A stretch of 36,001 nt of DNA, from assembly GCA_030167865.1 (NCBI GenBank), contig JALAGF010005105.1, positions 1 through 36,001 of the forward strand, given 5' to 3'. Of the stretch, positions 1 through 9,340 are shown in pieces; position 1 is the first letter of the stretch; each line of letters opens with the position of its first letter. The notes under the pieces are model-generated. The model searched no databases and was not told the DNA's origin. It saw only the letters and a list, made by a program, of their open reading frames with translations. This stretch comes from Craspedostauros australis. Taxonomy: Eukaryota. A program made the position numbers and the translations under genes.

Positions 1-50
1 ACCCACACACAAACAGCTCAAGCGAGTCCCGTGACCTGTGTGCTTCCACC

Positions 51-205
51 AAAAAATGCATTTGGTGTGCAAAAAATGCATTTGAAGTGCATTAAATGCA
101 CTTGGAGTTCAAAAAATGCACTTGAAGTGCATTAAATGCAAATGGAGTGCATTAAATGCATTTGCAGTGCATTAAATGCAAATGGAGTGCATTAAATGCA
201 ATTGA
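51..205. repeat. 20-bp AT-rich tandem satellite (consensus about ATTAAATGCAHWTGRAGTGC), about 7.7 visible copies, running into the assembly gap
   Basis: Units start at 51, 71, 91, 111, 131, 151, 171 and 191 (e.g. aaaaaatgcatttgaagtgc, attaaatgcaaatggagtgc). The array is cut off by N at 206. Confidence 0.95.
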
Positions 206-344
206 NNNNNNNNNNNNNNNNNNNNNNNNNNNNNNNNNNNNNNNNNNNNNNNNNNNNNNNNNNNNNNNNNNNNNNNNNNNNNNNNNNNNNNNNNNNNNNN
301 NNNNNNNNNNNNNNNNNNNNNNNNNNNNNNNNNNNNNNNNNNNN
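206..344. other. Assembly gap (139 N)
   Basis: Run of N directly visible. Confidence 1.
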
Positions 345-1166
345 CATCAATAGGTCATTTTCAGCGAATGCAACGACACAGATTGTGGAGGCAAGACTAA
401 TTCGATTAAACAGCCTCGATTCATCTCTTTGGTCAAATGAGTCAAACGACGCACGTTCCAATGGACTTGCCGGGTGTCCCCGACGACAACGACGAACTGT
501 TCGCAACGATCCTTCCACAATGCGTCTGAGAGATCTTCGTGTCGCGCGCAACTTCGGCATTTGTGACCCTCCTTTGTGCACACAACCACACCGATCATGA
601 TCGCCCGTTCTGCCAGCATCACCCTCGTGCTTGTTTTCACAACGCTCTACGCCGTCGCTACTTCCGCATTGTCGCTTGACGAGATGACCATCAAACAGTA
701 CGTTGCATCGCCACCGATCATTTGGGATCAGAGGAGGCGTTGCCTTTCATCGTTGGCAGGTTTCTTGCCTTCTGCTTCTTTTGGTGATGAACAATTGAAG
801 CCATGCCGATACTTGTCAACAGTCGTACTTGCATCCGAGCAAACATGCGCGGCGATTCTTCTTCTCAGTCGCGAAGACAGGAGCAGAAACAGCCAAGAGA
901 AAGGGGAGGAATGACGGGAAGAGAACGTCGCACGTGTCAAGGTCCATGTGCATGGCTTTGCCTGCGCATGGACAAGGACGATCTGGCGTGAGCAAGTCAG
1001 TCATGCATGTCATCGATCTTGCTGTGGCCCATTCTGTAGGCTGCATCTAAGTTGGTTGTTCATGTCAATAAGTTCATGTGTGGAGTAGTCCACGCAACAC
1101 AAGCAATGAGAGGTCAGGTCAAGCCTTGCCAAGCTCGCCAACTGGAGTGCATCATCACAAAACAGT

Positions 1167-2078
1167 ATGGAAGCAATCAAGAAGGAGACGAAGACGTGAC
1201 GGGCGCAACTCACCTTGGCGGCATCCTCAATGAAGCTCTGACACCCGTGGCTTTGCTGCATCCACATTTACTGATCCCCCGCCTTTGTACTCTTTCGGTG
1301 CACCTTCTAACCACCCACTTTCACAACTGGTATCTGTGTTCGCAGTGTCCTTGTTCCCATCGTGATGGAGGCTGAAGCGTCTCCATTCATCGAGCACATG
1401 AAGTTGGAGAAGGTGGATGACTTCTTCCCATCCTCCACACCATTCCTTGCTTTCCAGGGCAGTCAGGGCGACACCAAGGTCACCGTCATCACGTTCGGAA
1501 AGGACAAGATCTACGGCACCGGCGTCGACAACGCCGGAACCGTCCCATCATCCCTTGCCACCCACCTCGCGCTTGCCAAGTTCGAGGGTGAGGTCGACCT
1601 CGTCATCAACGCCGGGACCTGCGGCGGCTTCAAGCGCAAGGGCGCTGGCATCGGTGATGTCTTCCTCACAACGGGTGTCGCCAACCACGACCGCCGCATC
1701 CCCATCCCAGGCTTCGACACCTACGGCATCGGTAAGATGGACACAGTCAACGCCTCCAAGCTTGCTGCCAAGTACGATTACAAGCTCGGAGTCTGCAGCA
1801 CCGGCAACTCTCTGGACAAGGTCGAGAAGGATGACGAGATCATGCTCGCCAACGACGCCTCCGTCAAGGATATGGAGGCTGCCGCCATCGCCTGGGTGTG
1901 CCAGATCAACTCCGTCCCATACCTCGGCGTCAAGGTCGTCACCGACGTTGTCGATGGTGGTGTGCCAACCCAAGATGAATTCATGGCCAACCTTGCCTCC
2001 GCGGCGCAGTCGCTGCAGACGGCTTTGCCAAAGGTCATCGAGTTCATCGCGAATGCTGAGAACAACGAAGAGTTGTAA
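1167..2078 (+). CDS. MTN: 5'-methylthioadenosine/S-adenosylhomocysteine nucleosidase (plant-type MTN, PNP/UDP family); proposed join(1167..1195,1346..2078), about 253 aa
   Basis: Motifs VLVPIVMEAEA, INAGTCGG, VKDMEAAAIA and KVVTDVVD match MTA/SAH nucleosidases. A CTAAC branch point near 1307 and an acceptor CGCAG ending at 1345 precede the main exon. The short first exon (MEAIKKETK, donor GTGACG at 1196) restores the frame but is less certain than the main exon. Confidence 0.9.
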
Positions 2079-2890
2079 TTCGAGATAGGAACGTACAAGT
2101 AGAACAGAGTGTGGTATTGTGTAGACTACATACACCCACAGTCAGACAGCACATCATGGTATCACAAGGGGTACACTCAGTGTTGACGCAATTGTGCATC
2201 TGGAGCAAATGCGTTACATCGTACTATCCCATATTCCTCTTTGTTGTGAAAGATGACAGATCCCGTTCCGCGCTTTCTTTGTGTCGAAGATGGTGACTTG
2301 GAATAGGATGAAACTGGGGGGATGCTTGGACTGCAGGTTGTCACTATTCTCGTCATTTGGTTCATTCTAAATTATAGTCGTGCTTGGATCGCACTGTATC
2401 CGTGGTGGATAGCTCTTGATCTCTGTCGCTAGTTGTCGCGTCGTCGCATGCTTGTAATACATCAGCCACAACGCTCGGTGCACCCACAGGAGGCACGATC
2501 TCAATTCAAACATATACGCACTCGTGGTTTAGCATTGTGCAGTAGCTGTACTCCTTCTTCATCGCGAGGCTGGGAGCTGATTGTTCAACATGCAACTTTT
2601 GCTCGCTTTCTGGAAGGAGCAAATTCGCTCGCGCGCCTTCTCGCCTGATCCTCTCCATCATCGCATCCACTTCTTCCTCCACTTCCCATCTTCTCCTGTT
2701 CATGTGTGTTCATCTTCACCATCATCTGCTGTACTGATTAGAGCGTTGCTTGTTCTGAGTATTGCGCACACACATACGCACACGCGCAAGAACTCTCTCT
2801 CTCTCTCTTCATCTCAAGTCTGGAGAGATGCGATCACGCATGGACGTTCATCGTGTCGGCCCTCACAGAGCATCCCACTCGTACTGCATC

Positions 2891-4483
2891 CTACTGGCGC
2901 ATATCCATCGCAGCCGTAGATGAATCGAGGGAGAGCATGTCGCTGCGTATTTGGACGCCGATAACACCCTGCGGATTCCAGCTGTTGCTTCCAAAACCAC
3001 CGCTGCTGTCGTTGCCACGATCGGGGGATAATATGATTCTGATTCTGGGATCGGCATAAAGGATGACGAAGAAGGAGGATCCGCGGATGGGCAATCCCAA
3101 GGAGGTGCCGAAGCAATAGATGGATCCCGATCGTGCCTGGAATTCGAAAACGTCGGGGCATTTGCGCGGTCCTGCATTGGCATCGATCTCCTCCTGGGTC
3201 TGCTGGCGCTTTGGTGATGGCAGGAACGAGTCGAACCACGATTTGCCATTGCTGGCGTTCGACTGGTCATCACCGTTGCCCGTTGTTGACGACGACGATG
3301 ACATGCCCCAACCCTTCTGGTGCTGCGGCTGGTCCTTGGGTTCGAAGACCCCGCTTGCTCGCACATGGACGGTGGGTCCCCATACTTCCGAGTAGCTGAG
3401 CACGTTGCCGGTCGTCTGGCCCGTCATCTCGGCGTTGGTGTCCTTCCAGTACTGCTGACCTTTGAGGTTGGTGACTTGCAAAGACGAGATGGTCTCCCAC
3501 AGAGGAGGATCGGATCCCTTGCCTCCCGAGGAGCTGTCGTCGCTGGGTCTGTAGGTGTACATGGTGGCGTAGAAGGGACCGTACAAGCATTCCGCAGGGT
3601 TGTAATAGAGGGAGTCGATGCCTGAGGTGAGGGTCTGGATGAGAGACTCGATGCGTTCTATCTTCGTCTTGGAGCGCTTCTTGGAGTCGAGGATGGCGTT
3701 GATAAGATCCGTGGCCACTTGGACGGCCTCCGTATTGTAGGGTCCCGAATCGTCGACGGCCATGCGGAGGCTGTAGGAAGGATTTTTACCGTTGCGGGTG
3801 GGAACGACGAGGAGATCGGCATCGGATTCGGCAGAGCTATTCTGATTGCTCTGCGGTCGTCGGGGACGGCTGAATCGTGTCTTCGTCTTTGCTGGCTGGG
3901 ATGCGGCCAACTGAGTGAGGCTCTGCGTCCTGCGTTGCCTGGCCTTCTCGTTGGTCTCCATGAAGATCCCCATCAATTCTTGAAAGTATCTACGTTCCAC
4001 ATCTTCATCGGACGCCAGACTGGGATCTGCGTTTCCATTTGCTTTTGCATTTTCATTTGCGCGGATGTTTGTGGATACCCTGTCTCTTGGCTTGGCATTC
4101 AAGGCGCTGCTGCCAGCGCTGCTTCTGTTGTTGACTCTGCTGCCCCTTGACCTGTTGTCAATAGGCAGCAGCATGGAGCACGGCGATTGTGCGTTTGCTT
4201 TGTCAGCATTGCTCCTTAACGGGCCACTTGGCAGGCTGCTGGGCAGGCTACTGGGCAGGCACCGCAATGGAGCAGTGAAGGCGAGCGTGGAAAAGGAGCC
4301 GTGGGATTGGGACGCCACGCAATGAGAGCTGCGAGAACTGGTGGCTTCAGCTGCTTGCACAGCCGTGATTGCCGTCATTCTGAGTGTCAATGTCATGGTG
4401 ACAACTGACAGAAGCATCAGAAGCGTCTGAAAAGGTGCCGGCATTGTACCGCTCGGTCGTCTCCGCGTACTCGTAGTTCTCAT
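2891..4483 (-). CDS. Probable plastid-targeted or secretory protein with a C-terminal PAP/fibrillin-like (lipocalin-type barrel) domain, about 530 aa; start at 4483 or 4444
   Basis: Long ORF with a hydrophobic N-terminus (TLLMLLSVVTMTLTL) followed by an S/R-rich transit-like region. The C-terminal pattern RIESLIQTL...LYGPFYATMY...GSSFFVILYADPRIRI resembles fibrillin-like proteins. The ORF-track extension above 4483 crosses a CT microsatellite and is probably UTR. Confidence 0.6.
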   Translation of the reverse strand: MRTTSTRRRPSGTMPAPFQTLLMLLSVVTMTLTLRMTAITAVQAAEATSSRSSHCVASQSHGSFSTLAFTAPLRCLPSSLPSSLPSGPLRSNADKANAQSPCSMLLPIDNRSRGSRVNNRSSAGSSALNAKPRDRVSTNIRANENAKANGNADPSLASDEDVERRYFQELMGIFMETNEKARQRRTQSLTQLAASQPAKTKTRFSRPRRPQSNQNSSAESDADLLVVPTRNGKNPSYSLRMAVDDSGPYNTEAVQVATDLINAILDSKKRSKTKIERIESLIQTLTSGIDSLYYNPAECLYGPFYATMYTYRPSDDSSSGGKGSDPPLWETISSLQVTNLKGQQYWKDTNAEMTGQTTGNVLSYSEVWGPTVHVRASGVFEPKDQPQHQKGWGMSSSSSTTGNGDDQSNASNGKSWFDSFLPSPKRQQTQEEIDANAGPRKCPDVFEFQARSGSIYCFGTSLGLPIRGSSFFVILYADPRIRIILSPDRGNDSSGGFGSNSWNPQGVIGVQIRSDMLSLDSSTAAMDMRQ

Positions 4484-4636
4484 GATACAGATATTGCAGT
4501 TAGTGCAGTTATTGCAGCGCGTGGCAGACTCGTGGAAGGACAGGACAGGAGAGTGGAGTACTCGTGGAGCGTGATGTTCTTCTCGTATTGAGCACGAGAC
4601 AAGCCTCGGTATTTTGTTCGCTCTCTCCCCTCTCTG

Positions 4637-4637
<1 letters not shown>

Positions 4638-4669
<32 letters not shown>
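4638..4669. repeat. (CT)n microsatellite
   Basis: About 16 CT dinucleotides, upstream of the fibrillin-like gene. Confidence 0.95.
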
Positions 4670-4671
<2 letters not shown>

Positions 4672-5169
4672 AGGGAGTGCTGGTGTTGACCCAAGCAAGC
4701 TTGAGTGGTGGTGCAGTTGTGGCTGTAGCTGTGGCTGTATCGTGGACTTGGCAGCGGCGGATGTCGCAATGCCAGTGACGTAGACGGTGGCAGATGGAGG
4801 AGGCGCCCGATTTGCCTCTGTTTGCGATTGGACTCTTTGCGCCTGTAATGCTTGCGACCACTTGCAATTGTGTTTGCAGTTGTGACAGTTGTGAGAGTTG
4901 TGATGGGTGGATAGGGTGGATGGTTGGCTGGAATGGCTGGACGAATGGACTGAAAAGCACAGCTTTGGTTGGATTTGCTCGTCCGGATGGTCAACTTTGG
5001 CGACAACACATCAACCACAACAAAGATTGCCAATCGATCAAGGAGGCCTTTCGTTGATGTTTGGACGTTCGTTTGTGTCCAACAGTTGTGGTGTATGGTA
5101 GGCGAACACTCTCATGACACTCTCCTCTCTGTGCCTGCACTTGCACTGCCTCTGCTTTGCCATCGTTCC

Positions 5170-5537
5170 ACGAGGCATCATCGAGGGCAATAGCGATCTG
5201 AACAACGCGAACACGATTCCACATGAACGACAGGACACAACAACATGGATCGGATTTCTTGACAGATCCGTCAAAGCAGATAACGCTTTTCCCGCCAAAT
5301 TTGGCAGATGTCAACAACCAATCAACGCTTCGTGACGTCATCGCGGATCCAGTCTACTTATCCAAAGCTAGAGAGATGGGCTTGCATGTGTCATTCTTCC
5401 CACATCACCAAGGCCATCTTAAGACGCATATGTACGCACGTACGACTGCTCATGCGGCGAGCTTCACTCCTCCGACTTCCTTGGCTTCGCTGGCATCAAC
5501 CATGAAGATCGTCTTCTTGCGGGGTGGTGTGATGTGA
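5170..5537 (+). pseudogene. Possible decayed fasciclin (FAS1)-domain fragment
   Basis: Two different frames give GIIEGNSDLNNANTI and DFLTDPSKQITLFPPNLAD...DPVYLSKAREMGLHV. These resemble the FAS1 start, the TxFAPxN (H1) motif and the YH motif. No intact ORF or clear start. Confidence 0.3.
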
Positions 5538-5802
5538 CGTGACGTTGGCGCCATGCGAGTACGAGCTGCTCCAGGCGCTTTCCGCGCTTCCATGCTCTCC
5601 TCATTCATATAATGCTGCTAGTTGTAGTTGCGTGCTTGGAGTATCATCCCACTCTGCGTACGACCAGTCTATCATGACTTTGATCCGATTTATTTTTCGC
5701 TTGGGAATATGTGTTGACGCGATGTGTGAGGAAACCGTTGCGGACTACAGGACTCGTGGAATGAAGCACTGCACGGAATGAGGAGCAGGGGAGAGCATAA
5801 CA

Positions 5803-6423
5803 TTATTCATCAACTACCGCGCGTTCTGCCGCCGCCTCTGGATGTTCCCGCAGCCACTTCGGACTGTAGGTGATCGGAACCCGTCTATCCAGCATCCTGG
5901 CAAGAACGATGTCATTCTCCGTGATGCCATTCAGTTTGTGGGTGTACAGTTCCACGATCACCGTCCGGTAGTCCACCAAATGGAAATCGGGATGGTGATT
6001 CTCTTCTTCAGCGATGGCTCCCATGCCATTGATGGCATCCAGCGCGCATTGGAAGTTCTTGGCGACGAAGCGGCGTTGCAGAGCGGGCACGGTCGGAGCG
6101 TCGGCTTCGTTTGGCTTGTGGATCAGATCCCACAGCGGCATGCCTTCCAGCGTGGACTTCACCTCATCTTCTGACAGCACGGCGGAGTCGTCAAGCCCCG
6201 CGCATGGGACGCACCGTTTGGCGTCAGCATCAGCGCCGGTATCGTTATTGGTGGACATGGCAAGACCGTCCCTCTTGTTGCGTCTGCTCAGCGCGCCCAG
6301 AGGTTGCAATCCGAACGGATGAGGATGGTTTCCCAGCCGTCGTATCTTGCCGCAATTGTGATTCGAGCGCTGCGAAAAAATGAACAAGTTGCAGGAGATG
6401 AATCGCAGATGGTGCGAGACCAT
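5803..6423 (-). CDS. PCBD: Pterin-4-alpha-carbinolamine dehydratase (PCD/PhhB family) with a probable organellar targeting extension
   Basis: KRCVPC, RRFVAKNF, EEENHHPDFHLVDY, LYTHKLNGITENDIVLA; the catalytic HHP/H pattern is intact. The Arg-rich, acid-poor N-terminal region of about 55 aa resembles a mitochondrial presequence. Confidence 0.92.
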   Translation of the reverse strand: MVSHHLRFISCNLFIFSQRSNHNCGKIRRLGNHPHPFGLQPLGALSRRNKRDGLAMSTNNDTGADADAKRCVPCAGLDDSAVLSEDEVKSTLEGMPLWDLIHKPNEADAPTVPALQRRFVAKNFQCALDAINGMGAIAEEENHHPDFHLVDYRTVIVELYTHKLNGITENDIVLARMLDRRVPITYSPKWLREHPEAAAERAVVDE

Positions 6424-6979
6424 GTCTTGTGGCGATCGTTGTAAAATAGATATATTCTATCGTGCGATATGGTGTAATACGAGCAATAATAGTTGTGCTA
6501 ATGGCTGCATTTGTAGAATAGTTGTGATTGTGTTGGTGTGGCGCGAGTACTCGCATCCACGATCGCGTGCCTCCACGTTCCCATCAACAAGGGATGATGG
6601 CTTCCCACCACGACACCCGACCCGTGACTTGACATTCACGAATGATTGAACCCAAGCCATCGATATCTGTGTAGATCTGGAGATGTACGACCCATGAGTA
6701 CGATCTGTCTCCATGCGCATCCATGTCAAGCAAGGTCGGACCAAGGAGGAAAAGAATAGAGCAGTAATGATAGCAGCATGCCAGTGATTGCGCTTTCGCT
6801 CGAATGGAGCACAGAGTAGTCATAACCATCACTTTGCAACAGCGTACTCTAACAGCTTGTCGCTGCGTGCCTGATGAAAGATTCAAGCCGCATCCGCTGC
6901 CTTTAGCTCTGGTTGTCGTTTGGTCCACACAGTAATTATTGCTCGACATAGCCGTCTGCAAGGCATCGGTTGCTCGACT

Positions 6980-8992
6980 CTATTCCGCTGCGTCCTCATG
7001 GTTGTCATTGTCGTCAGCGTGCCGATGCTGCAATTGGTAGTCCTCGATTAAGCCTTTGCCACCGGAACACTCGTTGCGTAGATCGTTGATGTCACTCGAC
7101 ACAGTCGCCAGGTCGCCGATAAAGCCCAGATAGTTGTCCAACAGCTCATCGCCGGCCTTCAACGGTTTGGTCGTGGCGGTGGCGGACGCAGTGGTCGAAT
7201 CTCGCATGGCGAACGGATCGTAGATGCAGTCCTCGAGGTTGAACAGCTCCATCACCTCCTCGTCGTCTCTGTTCACAACTGCCTTCTTCATGTACTCATC
7301 GATGCCCTTGGTCTGCTCGGAGAACGTGGTGAAGGAACCGACGTTGAACGTGCCATTGCAGCCGTGGTTGATAAACGTCAGGGGGTTGGCATCAACGTTG
7401 GCCTCCTCTTCACCCAGCGGTTGCGATGTGAAACCATAACCGTTCATGTAGGCCAGCAGCGTGATACCCCCGACGCTTCCGTAAACCTTGGATTGGATTT
7501 CGAAGGTCTCGATGATCTCCACGGATGGCGGCGGGTACCGTACGCTGGCGCCGGATACATCGATGCCAATGTACGTGCCAATCGTGGGGATATCAACCTC
7601 GGTGAAAACGCCTCTGCCTGAGTTCTCGCCCATGGCCGATTTCCGAACGGCTAATTGATCGATGGTCACTGCGGGGGTGTCCATGTCATATCCACTTCCC
7701 TTCTTCTCATTGCAATACTCCTCAAAGCCAAGATCGTTCATCTGGCCAGACCGGTGAACATGCTTGCACAGAGCACGTTCCGCCGGCCTTGGCGGGTAAT
7801 GGTAGGATTGCAGCGTTGGTCCGTCAATGTGCAGCAAGTCCGCGCTTACATCTCCATCGTGGCATAGGCTGTCGTAGATGCCGATCTGCGCTGTCGGCGC
7901 GTTCTGCCGCCACTCGGCTTTGGAGGAGAAGTTGGCAAAGCCGATCAGGAACAGGTGTGGAAAGTCCACACCCGCCAACGATGGCTCCATGTACACCTGT
8001 ATCGATTGTATGAGACTGTTGGCGATGCTCTCGTGAGCTTTGCTGTTTGTGTCGCCGCTCTCATCCTCGTCCATGACACCATCGAAAACATCAGCCCAAA
8101 GATGCAGATCATCATAGGTCGGAGAGCTTGTGACGAAGATTCCGTGTGATTGATCGAGGTGGCGTGTGAGGAGATCATACGTTTGCACGACGATGTCAGT
8201 CTGAACGTAGGCTTGCGGAGATGTGGGCGAATCCGACTGCTGCAGTCTGATGGAGACGCTGTTCCAAACGACGATGTCGATCTGATGGTCTGGCATGCTT
8301 TCTTCCATCGCAGCTGTGAGGTTTTGGGGTGTGTCGTAGTCCACCGGAAATACGAGCAAGAGTGGATCATCATCGTCCTTATCATCGTCGTTCTCATCGT
8401 CATCATCATCGTCGTCGTCGTCGTCATCCTCCTCTTCGTTGTCGAGGGCAGTGAGGAGACGACTTCTACCAATCCCCTTGGCGCCATCTGTGTCCATCAG
8501 GATGATCGTTTCTATATCGCAGTATTTCTGCATCTCCCGGATCAAGGCCACTGTGGAGGAATGCCGGCTCCCGCCAACGATGGCCACGAGGATGGCATCT
8601 TCGTGCACAAGCGCGGCAGGATGGACGAGCGTCTCTGCGTACACCCGTTCTGCAGCGTCGGACTCCATCGCTGTGTCCGCAAGGACCGTTCGAACACGGA
8701 AGTTGTCCACTTTGTGTCTCCATCTGGACCGTGCGCTCTGTTGGCCTTCACCATCATCCCTCCAAGCAGGTGGAGAGCTGGGTCGTGGTGGGATCTCGGA
8801 TGCGCTGGCATGTGCGGAGACAGCGGAAGCGGTATCACTGGTGGATGCGGAAGCATGTTGGGAAGCACCGCCCAACCAAGGAGCGATGTGCGGTTGCAGT
8901 TCTACCGAACGATCCCATCCCAGCTGCCAACCGATCTTGCTGACGATGGCCACCGCCAGCATCAGCACTGGGGCGGACACGAGGCTTGGCAT
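6980..8992 (-). CDS. Degenerate aminopropyltransferase (spermidine synthase-like) domain fused to a C-terminal SET methyltransferase domain, with an N-terminal signal or anchor and a poly-Asp insert; 670 aa
   Basis: YAETLVHPAALVHEDAILVAIVGG matches SpdS YHExLVHPAMxxHxxPxxVxIxGG. SET motifs SGRGVFTEVDI, FINHGCNG and LKAGDELLDNY are present. Hydrophobic N-terminus PVLMLAVAIV. Confidence 0.85.
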   Translation of the reverse strand: MPSLVSAPVLMLAVAIVSKIGWQLGWDRSVELQPHIAPWLGGASQHASASTSDTASAVSAHASASEIPPRPSSPPAWRDDGEGQQSARSRWRHKVDNFRVRTVLADTAMESDAAERVYAETLVHPAALVHEDAILVAIVGGSRHSSTVALIREMQKYCDIETIILMDTDGAKGIGRSRLLTALDNEEEDDDDDDDDDDDENDDDKDDDDPLLLVFPVDYDTPQNLTAAMEESMPDHQIDIVVWNSVSIRLQQSDSPTSPQAYVQTDIVVQTYDLLTRHLDQSHGIFVTSSPTYDDLHLWADVFDGVMDEDESGDTNSKAHESIANSLIQSIQVYMEPSLAGVDFPHLFLIGFANFSSKAEWRQNAPTAQIGIYDSLCHDGDVSADLLHIDGPTLQSYHYPPRPAERALCKHVHRSGQMNDLGFEEYCNEKKGSGYDMDTPAVTIDQLAVRKSAMGENSGRGVFTEVDIPTIGTYIGIDVSGASVRYPPPSVEIIETFEIQSKVYGSVGGITLLAYMNGYGFTSQPLGEEEANVDANPLTFINHGCNGTFNVGSFTTFSEQTKGIDEYMKKAVVNRDDEEVMELFNLEDCIYDPFAMRDSTTASATATTKPLKAGDELLDNYLGFIGDLATVSSDINDLRNECSGGKGLIEDYQLQHRHADDNDNHEDAAE

Positions 8993-9303
8993 TGTGGAGA
9001 GTATTCTATATAATATGTGAATGAGTATCCGTATTGTGGCTCCTTCACCCCCACCGACTGTGCCTTGCCCAGCTCTGGAAAAAAGTGTCGAGTATAGTAC
9101 AATATCCTATGATAGGATATAATATAATACTTGCGGATGGTCTTCTACCAACACTCAGACGCCTGATTTTGGATGATCTTGCTTGTCAACTGGTTGTGCA
9201 GGTGCAAGCGCTGCACTGTTCGACTGTCTGAGTATTCGTGAATCACGTGTGTTCGCTCTGCAACCGTCTCTCTTCTCTTTCACAGTATGGTGCCTTGTAT
9301 GAG

Positions 9304-9340
9304 CGATGATGATGACGATGACGATGACGACGATGATGAT
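9304..9340. repeat. (GAT/GAC)n trinucleotide microsatellite
   Basis: gatgatgatgacgatgacgatgacgacgatgatgat directly visible. Confidence 0.85.

Noticed and set aside
51-205. CRISPR array interpretation of the terminal repeats
   Set aside because: The units are contiguous 20-mers with no unique spacers, no cas genes are present and the context is eukaryotic.
345-1050. Possible decayed retroelement gag (CTKEGHKCRSC, partial zinc knuckle on the minus strand)
   Set aside because: The first Cys of CX2CX4HX4C is missing, the frames are interrupted by stops and there are no protease, RT or integrase motifs.
4484-4960. N-terminal 159 aa of the 689-aa ORF
   Set aside because: Non-ATG start and it reads through a CT microsatellite (RERERE) and other simple repeats; more likely 5' UTR or promoter.
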